A stretch of 64,000 nucleotides of DNA, taken from Candidatus Bathyarchaeia archaeon (GTDB lineage Archaea; Thermoproteota; Bathyarchaeia; Bathyarchaeales; Bathycorpusculaceae). Numbering within the stretch: the first letter of the stretch is position 1; the number at the start of each line of letters is the position of its first letter. The notes below the pieces were generated by a model. It worked only from the letters and a program-made list of their open reading frames with translations, ran no database searches and was not told where the DNA came from. Positions 41,078-49,814 of this stretch are shown one piece after another. The stretch lies in NCBI GenBank assembly GCA_049516875.1, contig JBEKSS010000008.1:1-64000 (forward strand), in the 5' to 3' direction. The position numbers were made by a program, and so were the translations under genes.

Positions 41078-41878
41078 TCAGATTGTACGTGAAATGTTGA
41101 TTTGTTTCGGAAGAAAGACTTTAACTTCGGACAAGCTATTAGGAACAACTATCTTGCCTGATGAAGAAAGCTTAGATACTACCGAAGCATGGTCTCCGTC
41201 ACGTTTAAAATTGAAATGAATAGATTTGAGGTCCTTAAATTCAATTAAACTTATGGGATCGCGGGTCTGGTTTAACTGTCTCAGAACATCTCCCGATATA
41301 GTATTGGAGTGGGTAACTATCAATAACCTTGTCAATCTTCGTATCTGTTTATACCTTGAGAATTTGCTGCAATCGTGGTCCCATCTAGCTATATCATAAT
41401 CCGATGTAAGAGTAGACTCCAAATCCATTTTCTCGGAAGGATTAATTACTCGGTGAAAAGCGATAGTATCTGGCTCATTTTTGCCACCAATGACCTCGGT
41501 TATGTAGCCCATGTCTTGAAACATTTCAGGTACGATCCGTTTTTCAAAATAAGTACTATTGTCAACAACTAAAAAGCCAATAAATTCTTCATAATGGATC
41601 TGCCTACCTCTTTGACATAATCTAAAATTTCCCAGAGAAGGTATCGATTTCCTCTTTAGACCTCCCTTTAAAATGCCTTCGGGGACTGTGAATCTGAATT
41701 TAGCTTTTCTGTCCAATGCTGAGAAACGAGCACCAGGCAAAAGTTTCTTTTCTTCCAATTTTTGACTGAACTCTGGAACCAATTCAACTTTAATAGTTAT
41801 ATCCGACGTAGGTATGCGAGAAAATTGTAATTTAAAAAAAAGTATCACGTCTTGATTAGGCGTGAGCCAATTATTCAC
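41078..41878 (-). CDS. Hypothetical protein with possible C-terminal PD-(D/E)xK-like domain
   Basis: FE...F..MGY...GG..EPD.....DLEST. Confidence 0.55.
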   Translation of the reverse strand: MNNWLTPNQDVILFFKLQFSRIPTSDITIKVELVPEFSQKLEEKKLLPGARFSALDRKAKFRFTVPEGILKGGLKRKSIPSLGNFRLCQRGRQIHYEEFIGFLVVDNSTYFEKRIVPEMFQDMGYITEVIGGKNEPDTIAFHRVINPSEKMDLESTLTSDYDIARWDHDCSKFSRYKQIRRLTRLLIVTHSNTISGDVLRQLNQTRDPISLIEFKDLKSIHFNFKRDGDHASVVSKLSSSGKIVVPNSLSEVKVFLPKQINISRTI

Positions 41879-41881
41879 TTT

Positions 41882-43066
41882 TTAAGCCTCTGATTCTTCG
41901 ACCTCTTCAACTTCCTCAGGTAAGCCTGTTTCAGGTATTTTGCCTGACTCAATTAGCCATTTCTTGGCGTTTTCTTCGTCGATATCAGCCTTATTCTCAT
42001 CGGCTATTTCAAGACATTCTCTGCAAAACTCCATTATGGTTCCCGGAATACCTCTGGAGATTGAGTTTATGTATTGTATAGCATCGTTTGTAAATGGTTT
42101 GCAAGACTTCAACGGTGATTTTCTCGCCTTGTTCAGAATTTCTGTCACAAATTTTTCTGCATCCTGATTGACGAAGCTCTCTAATGTGAATGTTTCTCCT
42201 ATCCGTCTAAGGAATGTACTCAATCCAGCCGCTCCTGTCCTCTTCATTTCAGTCTCATAAACAGGGCCGATTATTAGATCTAATGTCTCTGGCGTAAATC
42301 CTAAGCATAATATAATTGGAACAGTTTCGTTAGGAGCCTTACTTAACTCAACCTTATTTTGTTCAAATATCTTTTTTAGCATGGTTAGCATTTCAACTAA
42401 CTTTCCTGACCCAGCTAACGCCAGTTCTTCTGCTTCGTCTAGACACAATACAAAACCAGCGTATCCCAGTAATCTCAGCAAACGACAAAAACTACTGATT
42501 GCTCTTAAAGCGATAATCGGTGAGTCTATTTTGCTGTACACACCGATTTTCTTCAAGTCTCTCAAGTCTACTTTTTCTCCCGTAAACCACAGCCATACAA
42601 GTGACTCGTTATCTTTTAGTGCCAAAAACGCATTCTTGAAATCCCTATCGAAATCTCTAAGCAACTCTTCAGGTTTTTTCCTGGTTTTAGATATCAATGT
42701 ATCAAATTGGCTTCTTAATATCGAAAAAATGTTCTTTCCAATCTCGCGAAATGCAGAATTGCATACATACTGAATATACTTAGAGGCAGTGGTACTTATG
42801 GTCGCATCAAACTTCACAGCAACCACTGATTTTTGATTTGCAAAGTTTTTTCCTGAAATGAGTTCATTAGTTAGGTTGTCAAGGGTAAAAGATTTCCCAA
42901 CACCAACGGTGCCGCTCAAGAAGACAATGAAACAAGCATTTGCATTAACCGCTTTCTCTACTTGTCCAAGGATTTGGCCCAGTTGCTTTTTACGCGCCTC
43001 GCCTACAAGCTTATGATCGTGTTTTTCGTAGAATGGGTTAAATGACAGCTCATGGTATGTGGGCAA
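41882..43066 (-). CDS. P-loop AAA ATPase (BrxC/BrxD-like)
   Basis: GTVGVGKS Walker A, LCLDEAEE Walker B, PFT.DAI..I...S.G.P. Confidence 0.8.
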   Translation of the reverse strand: MPTYHELSFNPFYEKHDHKLVGEARKKQLGQILGQVEKAVNANACFIVFLSGTVGVGKSFTLDNLTNELISGKNFANQKSVVAVKFDATISTTASKYIQYVCNSAFREIGKNIFSILRSQFDTLISKTRKKPEELLRDFDRDFKNAFLALKDNESLVWLWFTGEKVDLRDLKKIGVYSKIDSPIIALRAISSFCRLLRLLGYAGFVLCLDEAEELALAGSGKLVEMLTMLKKIFEQNKVELSKAPNETVPIILCLGFTPETLDLIIGPVYETEMKRTGAAGLSTFLRRIGETFTLESFVNQDAEKFVTEILNKARKSPLKSCKPFTNDAIQYINSISRGIPGTIMEFCRECLEIADENKADIDEENAKKWLIESGKIPETGLPEEVEEVEESEA

Positions 43067-44212
43067 TTAGTATCCCTCTTGCACTATCGAGATGTAATAG
43101 TAGTTCGTTTTACCTATAAAGATGCCCCACTTTTTAGAAAAAATAGCACGAGACAAGGATATCCGATACCCGCCGTACATGTAACCTATTTCAATGATTT
43201 TCTTATCGAAAACGTACCATGGAATATCAAGCCTTAGACAGACCTCATCACGAATTATCGGAATCGACACAAGTTTTCCTGAAAGCTTAGCAAATTTCAG
43301 CCACGAAGATTTCAATAGTTCAAAAAATCTGCTATTTGAAATCAGGTTAGCTTCGTTCCAAAAGGCAAGATTCAATACCCGACCGACTTCATCCTGATTA
43401 ATATGATATTTCGCGATTTCTTTCTGAATTAGACCCAGAGAGACAAAAACTGAGAGTAAACTTCTAACGATTGCTTTCTGATTATCCATAATGGTTCTTT
43501 TAATCTCTTGCTTGGATTTTGATTCAATCCATGAAGAAAGGCGTAGGTTGTCGGTCCAATTTCTTATTACACCTTTCTTCTTTAAGTCATTAAGAATTTT
43601 CTCGCGGGCTATTCTTTGGACGGCCTTAGTTGATACCTCGATCTTCACACCTTTTCTAAGTAGCGATTGAGTCAGTTTGTCGATATCAGCTTCTTTACCA
43701 ATCTCCTGTATAGTAGATAGAATTTCCCAAAGTCGGATATCTCTCTCTACGACTATTCGTTTAAACAAGTCCAGTGCATTTTTGCTTTGACTTATCCGAG
43801 ATACATGCTCTTCGTTTATGATTTTTAGTAGTTTTCTTCCAAAAAATGTGAGCATCTCATATTGGTCTTGCTGTGAGACTAGATCAAATTGAATACAAGT
43901 AGGTAAGGCGAGTCCGTAAATTTGAGTTATAAGATACTTCTTGTTTGCTTTTCTCTTCTCATATGTTTGTCCTTCATAGTCGAGCGTTTTCCAATTCCTG
44001 ATCTTTGCATCCACTCCATTCTGTTTGAGAAAGGTAAGGAATGCTGAAGGCAGTTCTCTATTGACTTTTTCTATTCGTCTTATTCTTTTTTGTCCAATTG
44101 TTCTCAAAACAATAGGTATGTGCCAGTCAACGCTGCCAAAGGAACTCTTTAGATTGGGTATATATTTGAATTTGTTATTATTTGGTGAAGATAAATCTGG
44201 CCTCAGAATCAA
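43067..44212 (-). CDS. Basic hypothetical protein, probably with winged-helix domains
   Basis: 381 aa, abuts the ATPase; C-terminal VSIPIIRDEVC..FDKKI. Confidence 0.65.
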   Translation of the reverse strand: MILRPDLSSPNNNKFKYIPNLKSSFGSVDWHIPIVLRTIGQKRIRRIEKVNRELPSAFLTFLKQNGVDAKIRNWKTLDYEGQTYEKRKANKKYLITQIYGLALPTCIQFDLVSQQDQYEMLTFFGRKLLKIINEEHVSRISQSKNALDLFKRIVVERDIRLWEILSTIQEIGKEADIDKLTQSLLRKGVKIEVSTKAVQRIAREKILNDLKKKGVIRNWTDNLRLSSWIESKSKQEIKRTIMDNQKAIVRSLLSVFVSLGLIQKEIAKYHINQDEVGRVLNLAFWNEANLISNSRFFELLKSSWLKFAKLSGKLVSIPIIRDEVCLRLDIPWYVFDKKIIEIGYMYGGYRISLSRAIFSKKWGIFIGKTNYYYISIVQEGY

Positions 44213-44319
44213 ACTTTATCCACACCTATACTTAACATCAGCAATTTTAATCTATTCCCAAATCTTTGGCAAATCGGATAATCTTTCTGATCCAATCTTT
44301 TGTTGAAAGGTAAGCGCGC

Positions 44320-44395
44320 GCTGTTGGTGGTCTTGTCTACGTGGGATCCAATGATAACAGTACATACTGTCTGAACGCTGCTACTGGAACATTGG
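44320..44395 (+). pseudogene. Isolated single PQQ-like beta-propeller repeat fragment
   Basis: AVGGLVYVGSNDNSTYCLNAATGTL, between two (GC)4 tracts. Confidence 0.65.
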
Positions 44396-44520
44396 CCATT
44401 CATCAACGACCGCTGCCCTTAGCGCGCGCTCAATGTACTCGGCGTTTCAACAGGAAACCGGGTTGAACTGGCGCGCTCTTCATTTTCTGATTCTTTTCTG
44501 CCGTGCCAATATCTGATAAA

Positions 44521-45345
44521 TCATGCCAAGAGTATCTCTGCGGAGGTATACAGATTTGGCCAATATCTCTCCCATGTTCTGAATCCTGTGCCATGATTGT
44601 GATGGGTGCGAGCATTGAACTCTATTTGCAGCCATCCTTCTTTGATGCCAGCTAAGAATCTGGACAAGTCTGCACCTTGAAGTAACTGGGTCTTCCCAAT
44701 TCTCATTTTCTGCTTTACACCTTCAGCTAACGTTTCCATTGAAACGTAAACCATGTTTCTTATCTTTTGACGAACCTTATTCCCCAAACCATCAAACGTC
44801 CAATATGGCACGGGTCGGAGATCACCCAATCCCACACGCCTTTGAACTTCCTCAAGCCAACCGCGATACTCTATCCTACCCGGAACTTTGGCGCTGTCAA
44901 AGTGCAGCTCCACTCTCTTCAATTCATCATTGATAGTAGCAATGAACCCGCGTTCCGAAAAACCAGCGGCGTCAATGTCGATTCTCAAGCTTCGTTCCAT
45001 CGGACCGTATTTCGGAATCGGCCAGCCATAGTCAACTAGAAGTTTAGGGATTACTTTTCCTGGATAGGGTTCAAAGCGAAACAGACTGATCAACGAGTTG
45101 CTGGTCGTCCTGTGGGTCTTCAGCTCAAATTCGCCGTAATCCGCTATCGGTATATTATTTTCTGGTATATGCAAAAGGTCCTCAAGGGTATTGCCGAGTC
45201 CGCCATCTTTATCTTGCCTATGGCTTGTAAGAGTTATCCACCCTCTCTCACGTATTTCCGAAAGACATTGAACCAATTCGTCTCTGGTATAGACCAATTC
45301 TCGCCTTTCTGGTATTTTCCTAGACCCAAAGACCCATCTGTCCAC
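44521..45345 (-). CDS. MvaI/BcnI-family restriction endonuclease
   Basis: GGLGNTLEDLL.I.ENN...D.GEFELK, HNHGTGFR. Confidence 0.85.
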   Translation of the reverse strand: MDRWVFGSRKIPERRELVYTRDELVQCLSEIRERGWITLTSHRQDKDGGLGNTLEDLLHIPENNIPIADYGEFELKTHRTTSNSLISLFRFEPYPGKVIPKLLVDYGWPIPKYGPMERSLRIDIDAAGFSERGFIATINDELKRVELHFDSAKVPGRIEYRGWLEEVQRRVGLGDLRPVPYWTFDGLGNKVRQKIRNMVYVSMETLAEGVKQKMRIGKTQLLQGADLSRFLAGIKEGWLQIEFNARTHHNHGTGFRTWERYWPNLYTSAEILLA

Positions 45346-45598
45346 CGTGAACCTCCCTCAACTATCCCAAGAACAAGTTCACAATGCTGACATTATCAGC
45401 ATGAGTCCAGATATCATTTGCTGTTTCTGGTTTCGTTAAATCTTCGTTGGACCCGAGACCCTGTTAATCGTCGTGGAATAGCTATCAGCTTGTGTTTTTC
45501 GTTGTTCAATATGTGGTCTGATTCAGCGCGCGTGCCGCAAGAGACTTATCCAATGAAATGCATGGATGAACATCTCCAGACATTGTTGAGGTCTCCGT

Positions 45599-45859
45599 AT
45601 GTCTCCTCGAAATGCGAGATATCAAACACCTACTTACATTGCTGATGCAATAAGGAGCAAACGCAAGAAACTGTTGTGCGGGCCACATTTCTGTCCAAAG
45701 TGCGGATTGGAGAAATTGCGAATCGAGGTAGATAAGAAGAACAAGCAAGTCACTGCGGTGTGTAGTTGTGGCTTGGAACGTCAAATGAATTATGTTCCGG
45801 CTTTTGAAGGTGTAGACTACTACAACAGGTTTGCAGACGACTTCAAGAAACAGAAATAA
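45599..45859 (+). CDS. Elf1-like zinc-ribbon protein
   Basis: F.CPKCG...C.CGL....P...VDYY..F.D pattern with basic N-terminus. Confidence 0.65.
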   Translation: MSPRNARYQTPTYIADAIRSKRKKLLCGPHFCPKCGLEKLRIEVDKKNKQVTAVCSCGLERQMNYVPAFEGVDYYNRFADDFKKQK

Positions 45860-45983
45860 CGCGTCTAGTTGCATCGCGGTTTGCTTCTTCTTTTCTCACG
45901 ATTGCGTATAGAACTAAATTTTATAAACTGAACGTTCCTATTAGTGAAAGGGGACTGAAACGTCTATTCCTTCTGCGAGAGAT

Positions 45984-46667
45984 TTGGTTCAAGAAGCTGG
46001 TCGTTCAAATCCTTCGGCAGATGTGAATCAGTTACACGGTTTGACTTATCGGTTAATGCTAGAGTATAAGAAGAGATATTACGAGTCGAAGGTTGACGCT
46101 TTTCTTTCACGTATGAGCCTAGCGGATATTCCGAGTGAAACGAGGAGAAGGCTTAAACGAGAAATGGTCACGCCACTCGAAGCGAATGGAGTAGAATACG
46201 CTAACTTTATGGAAGAGGCTTCGAGACGTGTTAGTCAAACGTTCCAAGTTGTGAGCGGGAATATTGCGGAATTGTGTGCAGAAGGAGAACTAAACAGAGT
46301 CGGTCTAAGAGAGAACGTTCACTATAAGCGAAAAATCGAAAGAACCGATATTGTCGTGTATTTTCCGAATTTTCAGAACCAGAGAGGAAGACATAGAGTA
46401 GAGGTTAAGAATGTGAAACTTAGAGAAAGAGGAACAAGAGGATTAGCTTTCGATGGCGATTCAATGTTTGGGTTCTTTGATTCGCCTTCTGAATTTACTC
46501 AGTCTAATGTTGAAGTGATAGACGCTCAATGTTTGAGCACAAGAGGGTATTGCTATCTTCCACCTTCAACTCTTGACCAAATGCAGTATAGAGGGAATCG
46601 CTTTAGGCCCAATACACGATTCGCTCAAGATGTGCTCTATTTCACTCAAAATGGACATTTGCCTTAG
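45984..46667 (+). CDS. Putative type II restriction endonuclease (CCGG-family-like)
   Basis: SGNIAE, TDIVV, EVK..KLRER; convergent with a methyltransferase. Confidence 0.65.
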   Translation: MVQEAGRSNPSADVNQLHGLTYRLMLEYKKRYYESKVDAFLSRMSLADIPSETRRRLKREMVTPLEANGVEYANFMEEASRRVSQTFQVVSGNIAELCAEGELNRVGLRENVHYKRKIERTDIVVYFPNFQNQRGRHRVEVKNVKLRERGTRGLAFDGDSMFGFFDSPSEFTQSNVEVIDAQCLSTRGYCYLPPSTLDQMQYRGNRFRPNTRFAQDVLYFTQNGHLP

Positions 46668-47578
46668 CTTGGTCGCCAAAAGTCTAGGATATATTCGAAT
46701 GTTGTTCCTAGAGTAATGTAGTTATTTGGATAACCGAAAATTCCGACTTTATTAACTAGGTTTCTCCTATCCCAAATAATGATGTTTCTTAACTCATACC
46801 CTGCTTTTTGCATGTTTTCAATTAGGTAAAGGTGAATCGGAACACGTTTGTTTTCCCACCACAAATCTGTGACATTAATAACGCAATGTCCTTTTTTCCT
46901 CATTAAGGGTAAAATGCCGTGATAGATTTCTCCTATTGTCTGAGCGTATTTCTGTCCGTCCATAGTGCCTAAATCTCTTGGGTCTGTCGAATATTGTTGA
47001 ACCTTTAGATAATGCTCATTCGTTCGCAAGTTTCCTCTTATGCTCTTGTTCTTTCTCGGTCTATTGAGTATGTTCGCATAAGGTGGCGAAGTCACACAGA
47101 GAGAAACAGTTTCTTCTTTCAAGTATTGCGGTATGTTATGGGCTTCTTCACATATTGCAATTTGCTGGGTCTCTTGAATGAGCCGAGTTTGGGCAAGTCT
47201 TGATTTTGATGTTCTAATATATTCTTCTTTCAAGTCAAAACCAACAGCATTTCTGTGAACGTCTTGAGCGGCTAGCAAGGTCGTTCCAATTCCAACGAAA
47301 GGGTCTAAAACGAGTTCTCCTTTGTGAGTAAGTAACTCAATGCATTTTTTTGGAAGACCAATCGGAAAAACTGCGGGATGTATGTTCTTATCTCTGATGT
47401 CCCGTTTTTCATAGAAGAACTCCCAAATAGCCACTTGGTCTTTAATCCACTCTTTTGCAGTAAGACAATTCATATGATTAGGTGGACAATTACAGATTCG
47501 AGTATGACCAATATTTAGAGGTTTGTCCACATCAAGACTCTGAACCATCTTTTTTCCTTCTCTCAATTGAATAAGCAT
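46664..47578 (-). CDS. Site-specific DNA methyltransferase (N4-C/N6-A type)
   Basis: HPAVFP, VLDPFVGIGTT, TSPPY. Confidence 0.92.
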   Translation of the reverse strand: MLIQLREGKKMVQSLDVDKPLNIGHTRICNCPPNHMNCLTAKEWIKDQVAIWEFFYEKRDIRDKNIHPAVFPIGLPKKCIELLTHKGELVLDPFVGIGTTLLAAQDVHRNAVGFDLKEEYIRTSKSRLAQTRLIQETQQIAICEEAHNIPQYLKEETVSLCVTSPPYANILNRPRKNKSIRGNLRTNEHYLKVQQYSTDPRDLGTMDGQKYAQTIGEIYHGILPLMRKKGHCVINVTDLWWENKRVPIHLYLIENMQKAGYELRNIIIWDRRNLVNKVGIFGYPNNYITLGTTFEYILDFWRPS

Positions 47579-47667
47579 TTCTCTTCAATTTAAGGATTTG
47601 AAGCTGTTTGATGAATCGCCCTTTTTGGGCGCTAGTCCCTCCGCTCCGCCCTTATGCTGAAAACGCG

Positions 47668-48789
47668 CTACCTCCCTGTTCCTTTTTCTAACGTGTCTAG
47701 CAGTTTCACTGGGAAGTGTTTGATCTCTTTGTACCTGTTTTTTCGGTATGTAAAATCTCTCTCATCTTTTTGCTCTAGGCTTTGTATCGTGGCTAAGAAC
47801 TCGTCGAATATTGGCTCCATTATTTGTAGGAAGCTCCATCCTTTCTCTATCAAGATGTTGTTGTCAATCATTCCGGTTGAAGCGATGTCATGCCAAACCT
47901 GTAAGTGTATTGCATACTCTGTTAACCTGACAACGTACAGCCCACGTTCAGGCACAGTTCTTTTAAGTTCTCGAAGGGTCTCAGGATCGATACCGGCGTT
48001 GGGTATGATGACATAACCAACATTAGCGTTCAATCCCTTCATGTAATCTGCAACTTTCCTTATCTTGTCTCGTACAGATCTTAACTCCTCCGTGGTTACC
48101 TCATCAGCAACAATCTTCACTCTGTGATTGTCAACGAAAACATCAGGTTCATATTGGCCGATTTTCTCGTTGAATTTAATTTCCCCATTGTTTGACCAGA
48201 AGAGGGTTGTAATTTTCTTGACGCTTTGTTCGTGAACCATCTGGGCTGTTCGAGCCTCAGCCAGCTCTTCGAGCTGAACTCTAAGTGGGTCCCTCTCAAG
48301 ATCGTCGATTTTCCGCTTGAGTGCTCTTGTTTCCTCTCGCATTTGGCTGTGTTCTCTTTGTTCAACCATTTGGAAAGCAGACTCAAGTTTCTCGGCGATG
48401 TTGCCTAGATGCTCTGCGGTTTCCCGGTAGACCTCGGAGTTTCGATTCGTAATCTCTCTGAACGCGTTAGCGGTTGTTTCGCTCATCTTTCCATAGGTGT
48501 CCTTCAGCAAGTTCACGGCGTCATGAAGCCTTTCCGAATATTCCTGATAGAGTTTTTCTCTTAACTCTCTGGAGTCCGCGTCTTGTTTGTCCCTGATATG
48601 TTCTATCCTCTCCTCTATTCCCTGCAGACATTTCGTCCGTTCCTCTAGCATCGCTAGTTGGGTTAATACGTTCGTGTTTGGTCGCCGGATGGAAAACAAC
48701 AACCTCAGTTTTCCTGTTCTTGCGTAAAAAACGATCAACGCCGTGGACAGTACGCCTAGAGGTACAAGCAGCCACCACAACCATGACAT
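47668..48789 (-). CDS. RmuC-like protein
   Basis: N-terminal TM, long coiled coil, PDVFVD nuclease-like domain. Confidence 0.55.
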   Translation of the reverse strand: MSWLWWLLVPLGVLSTALIVFYARTGKLRLLFSIRRPNTNVLTQLAMLEERTKCLQGIEERIEHIRDKQDADSRELREKLYQEYSERLHDAVNLLKDTYGKMSETTANAFREITNRNSEVYRETAEHLGNIAEKLESAFQMVEQREHSQMREETRALKRKIDDLERDPLRVQLEELAEARTAQMVHEQSVKKITTLFWSNNGEIKFNEKIGQYEPDVFVDNHRVKIVADEVTTEELRSVRDKIRKVADYMKGLNANVGYVIIPNAGIDPETLRELKRTVPERGLYVVRLTEYAIHLQVWHDIASTGMIDNNILIEKGWSFLQIMEPIFDEFLATIQSLEQKDERDFTYRKNRYKEIKHFPVKLLDTLEKGTGR

Positions 48790-49084
48790 GTTTTTAGCCC
48801 CTTAAAATTCTTTCATGCAATTCTACATTTAAGCAATACAACGATATTCGTAGAATTATATAAATGTTGCGTTGTAGATTTGTAGGTTAGGTCGGTAAGC
48901 ACCCGCGCGCGCCGTGGCTCATCTTCCAGAAATATCGCTAAAATTGATTTCTCTCTTTTTTTCCAAGATTCTTTAGGGAAACTAGTGAAAAGCCTCAAAA
49001 TCGCCTTCTTTTTTCCTCTAATGGCTGAATATTCAATGATTCAACGAGAAGGCTTTTAATACGTTCTAACATTTTGTTATAACA

Positions 49085-49372
49085 ATGTGCTTGAATATGA
49101 AAAAAGAAATGGTTGAAGAGGGGATGGTGGTAACTAAACCCAGGAAGGTCATTACCGTTGGACATAGCAAAGCGGTCACTCTTCCAAAAAAATGGCTAGA
49201 CGTTCAGTTGTGGCTAGGAAAGGAAGTCATTGAACTTGCGAGCATCGGGAATAGTGCGGTCATATTCTGCAACCCTAAGGATGTACTCAAATGGAAAAAC
49301 ATCATCAAAAAAATCGAAGATCAACCTTTGTCCGCGCGCGCCGGTCTCAACCCACAAACTAAGAATTGTTAG
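49085..49372 (+). CDS. AbrB/MazE-type DNA-binding protein
   Basis: RKVITVGHSKAVTLPKKW. Confidence 0.75.
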   Translation: MCLNMKKEMVEEGMVVTKPRKVITVGHSKAVTLPKKWLDVQLWLGKEVIELASIGNSAVIFCNPKDVLKWKNIIKKIEDQPLSARAGLNPQTKNC

Positions 49373-49506
49373 TTCGAGGAGTTGACCATGAACGGTGGGA
49401 AACTGAATCACAAAAATCTCTTTCTCTTCAATTTTGGCATCGCCGTTCAAGACTGCTTGTTCATTCGAAGTTACTCGGTGATCTTTAAACGAAACCGAAA
49501 ATCTAT

Positions 49507-49653
49507 CTATTGCTCACCCGTTTTCAGCCAGAGTTTTATGGCTTCTTGGACGGCCTGCCGTAAGGCTCCTTTCTTTCCCCTGAATCTTCTTACTACCTCC
49601 AACCTCAATTTTTGCTCAAGTTCATCGTCGAGCCTTACATTCAGCATTCCCAT
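49507..49653 (-). CDS. Ribbon-helix-helix protein (48 aa)
   Basis: Manual translation MGMLNVRLDDELEQKLRLEVVRRFRGKKGALRQAVQEAIKLWLKTGEQ. Confidence 0.75.
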   Translation of the reverse strand: MGMLNVRLDDELEQKLRLEVVRRFRGKKGALRQAVQEAIKLWLKTGEQ

Positions 49654-49674
49654 GTTAGACACTATACCACAATT

Positions 49675-49722
49675 CTATGACGCAACATTTAAGTATTTGG
49701 CTGACCAAATGTTGCATTGTGG
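49675..49722. promoter_or_regulatory. Inverted operator-like pair (AAATGTTGC) between the divergent RHH and integrase genes
   Basis: GCAACATTT-N16-AAATGTTGC; third copy at 48862-48877. Confidence 0.55.
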
Positions 49723-49814
49723 AAATGTAGTATTGTAGAGTTAGCGCAAAGGAAAAAGCAAAACCAAGGGGGAGTCCGCCAAGACCGCACCCCTTGGTGT
49801 GGAACTGACCCGGT

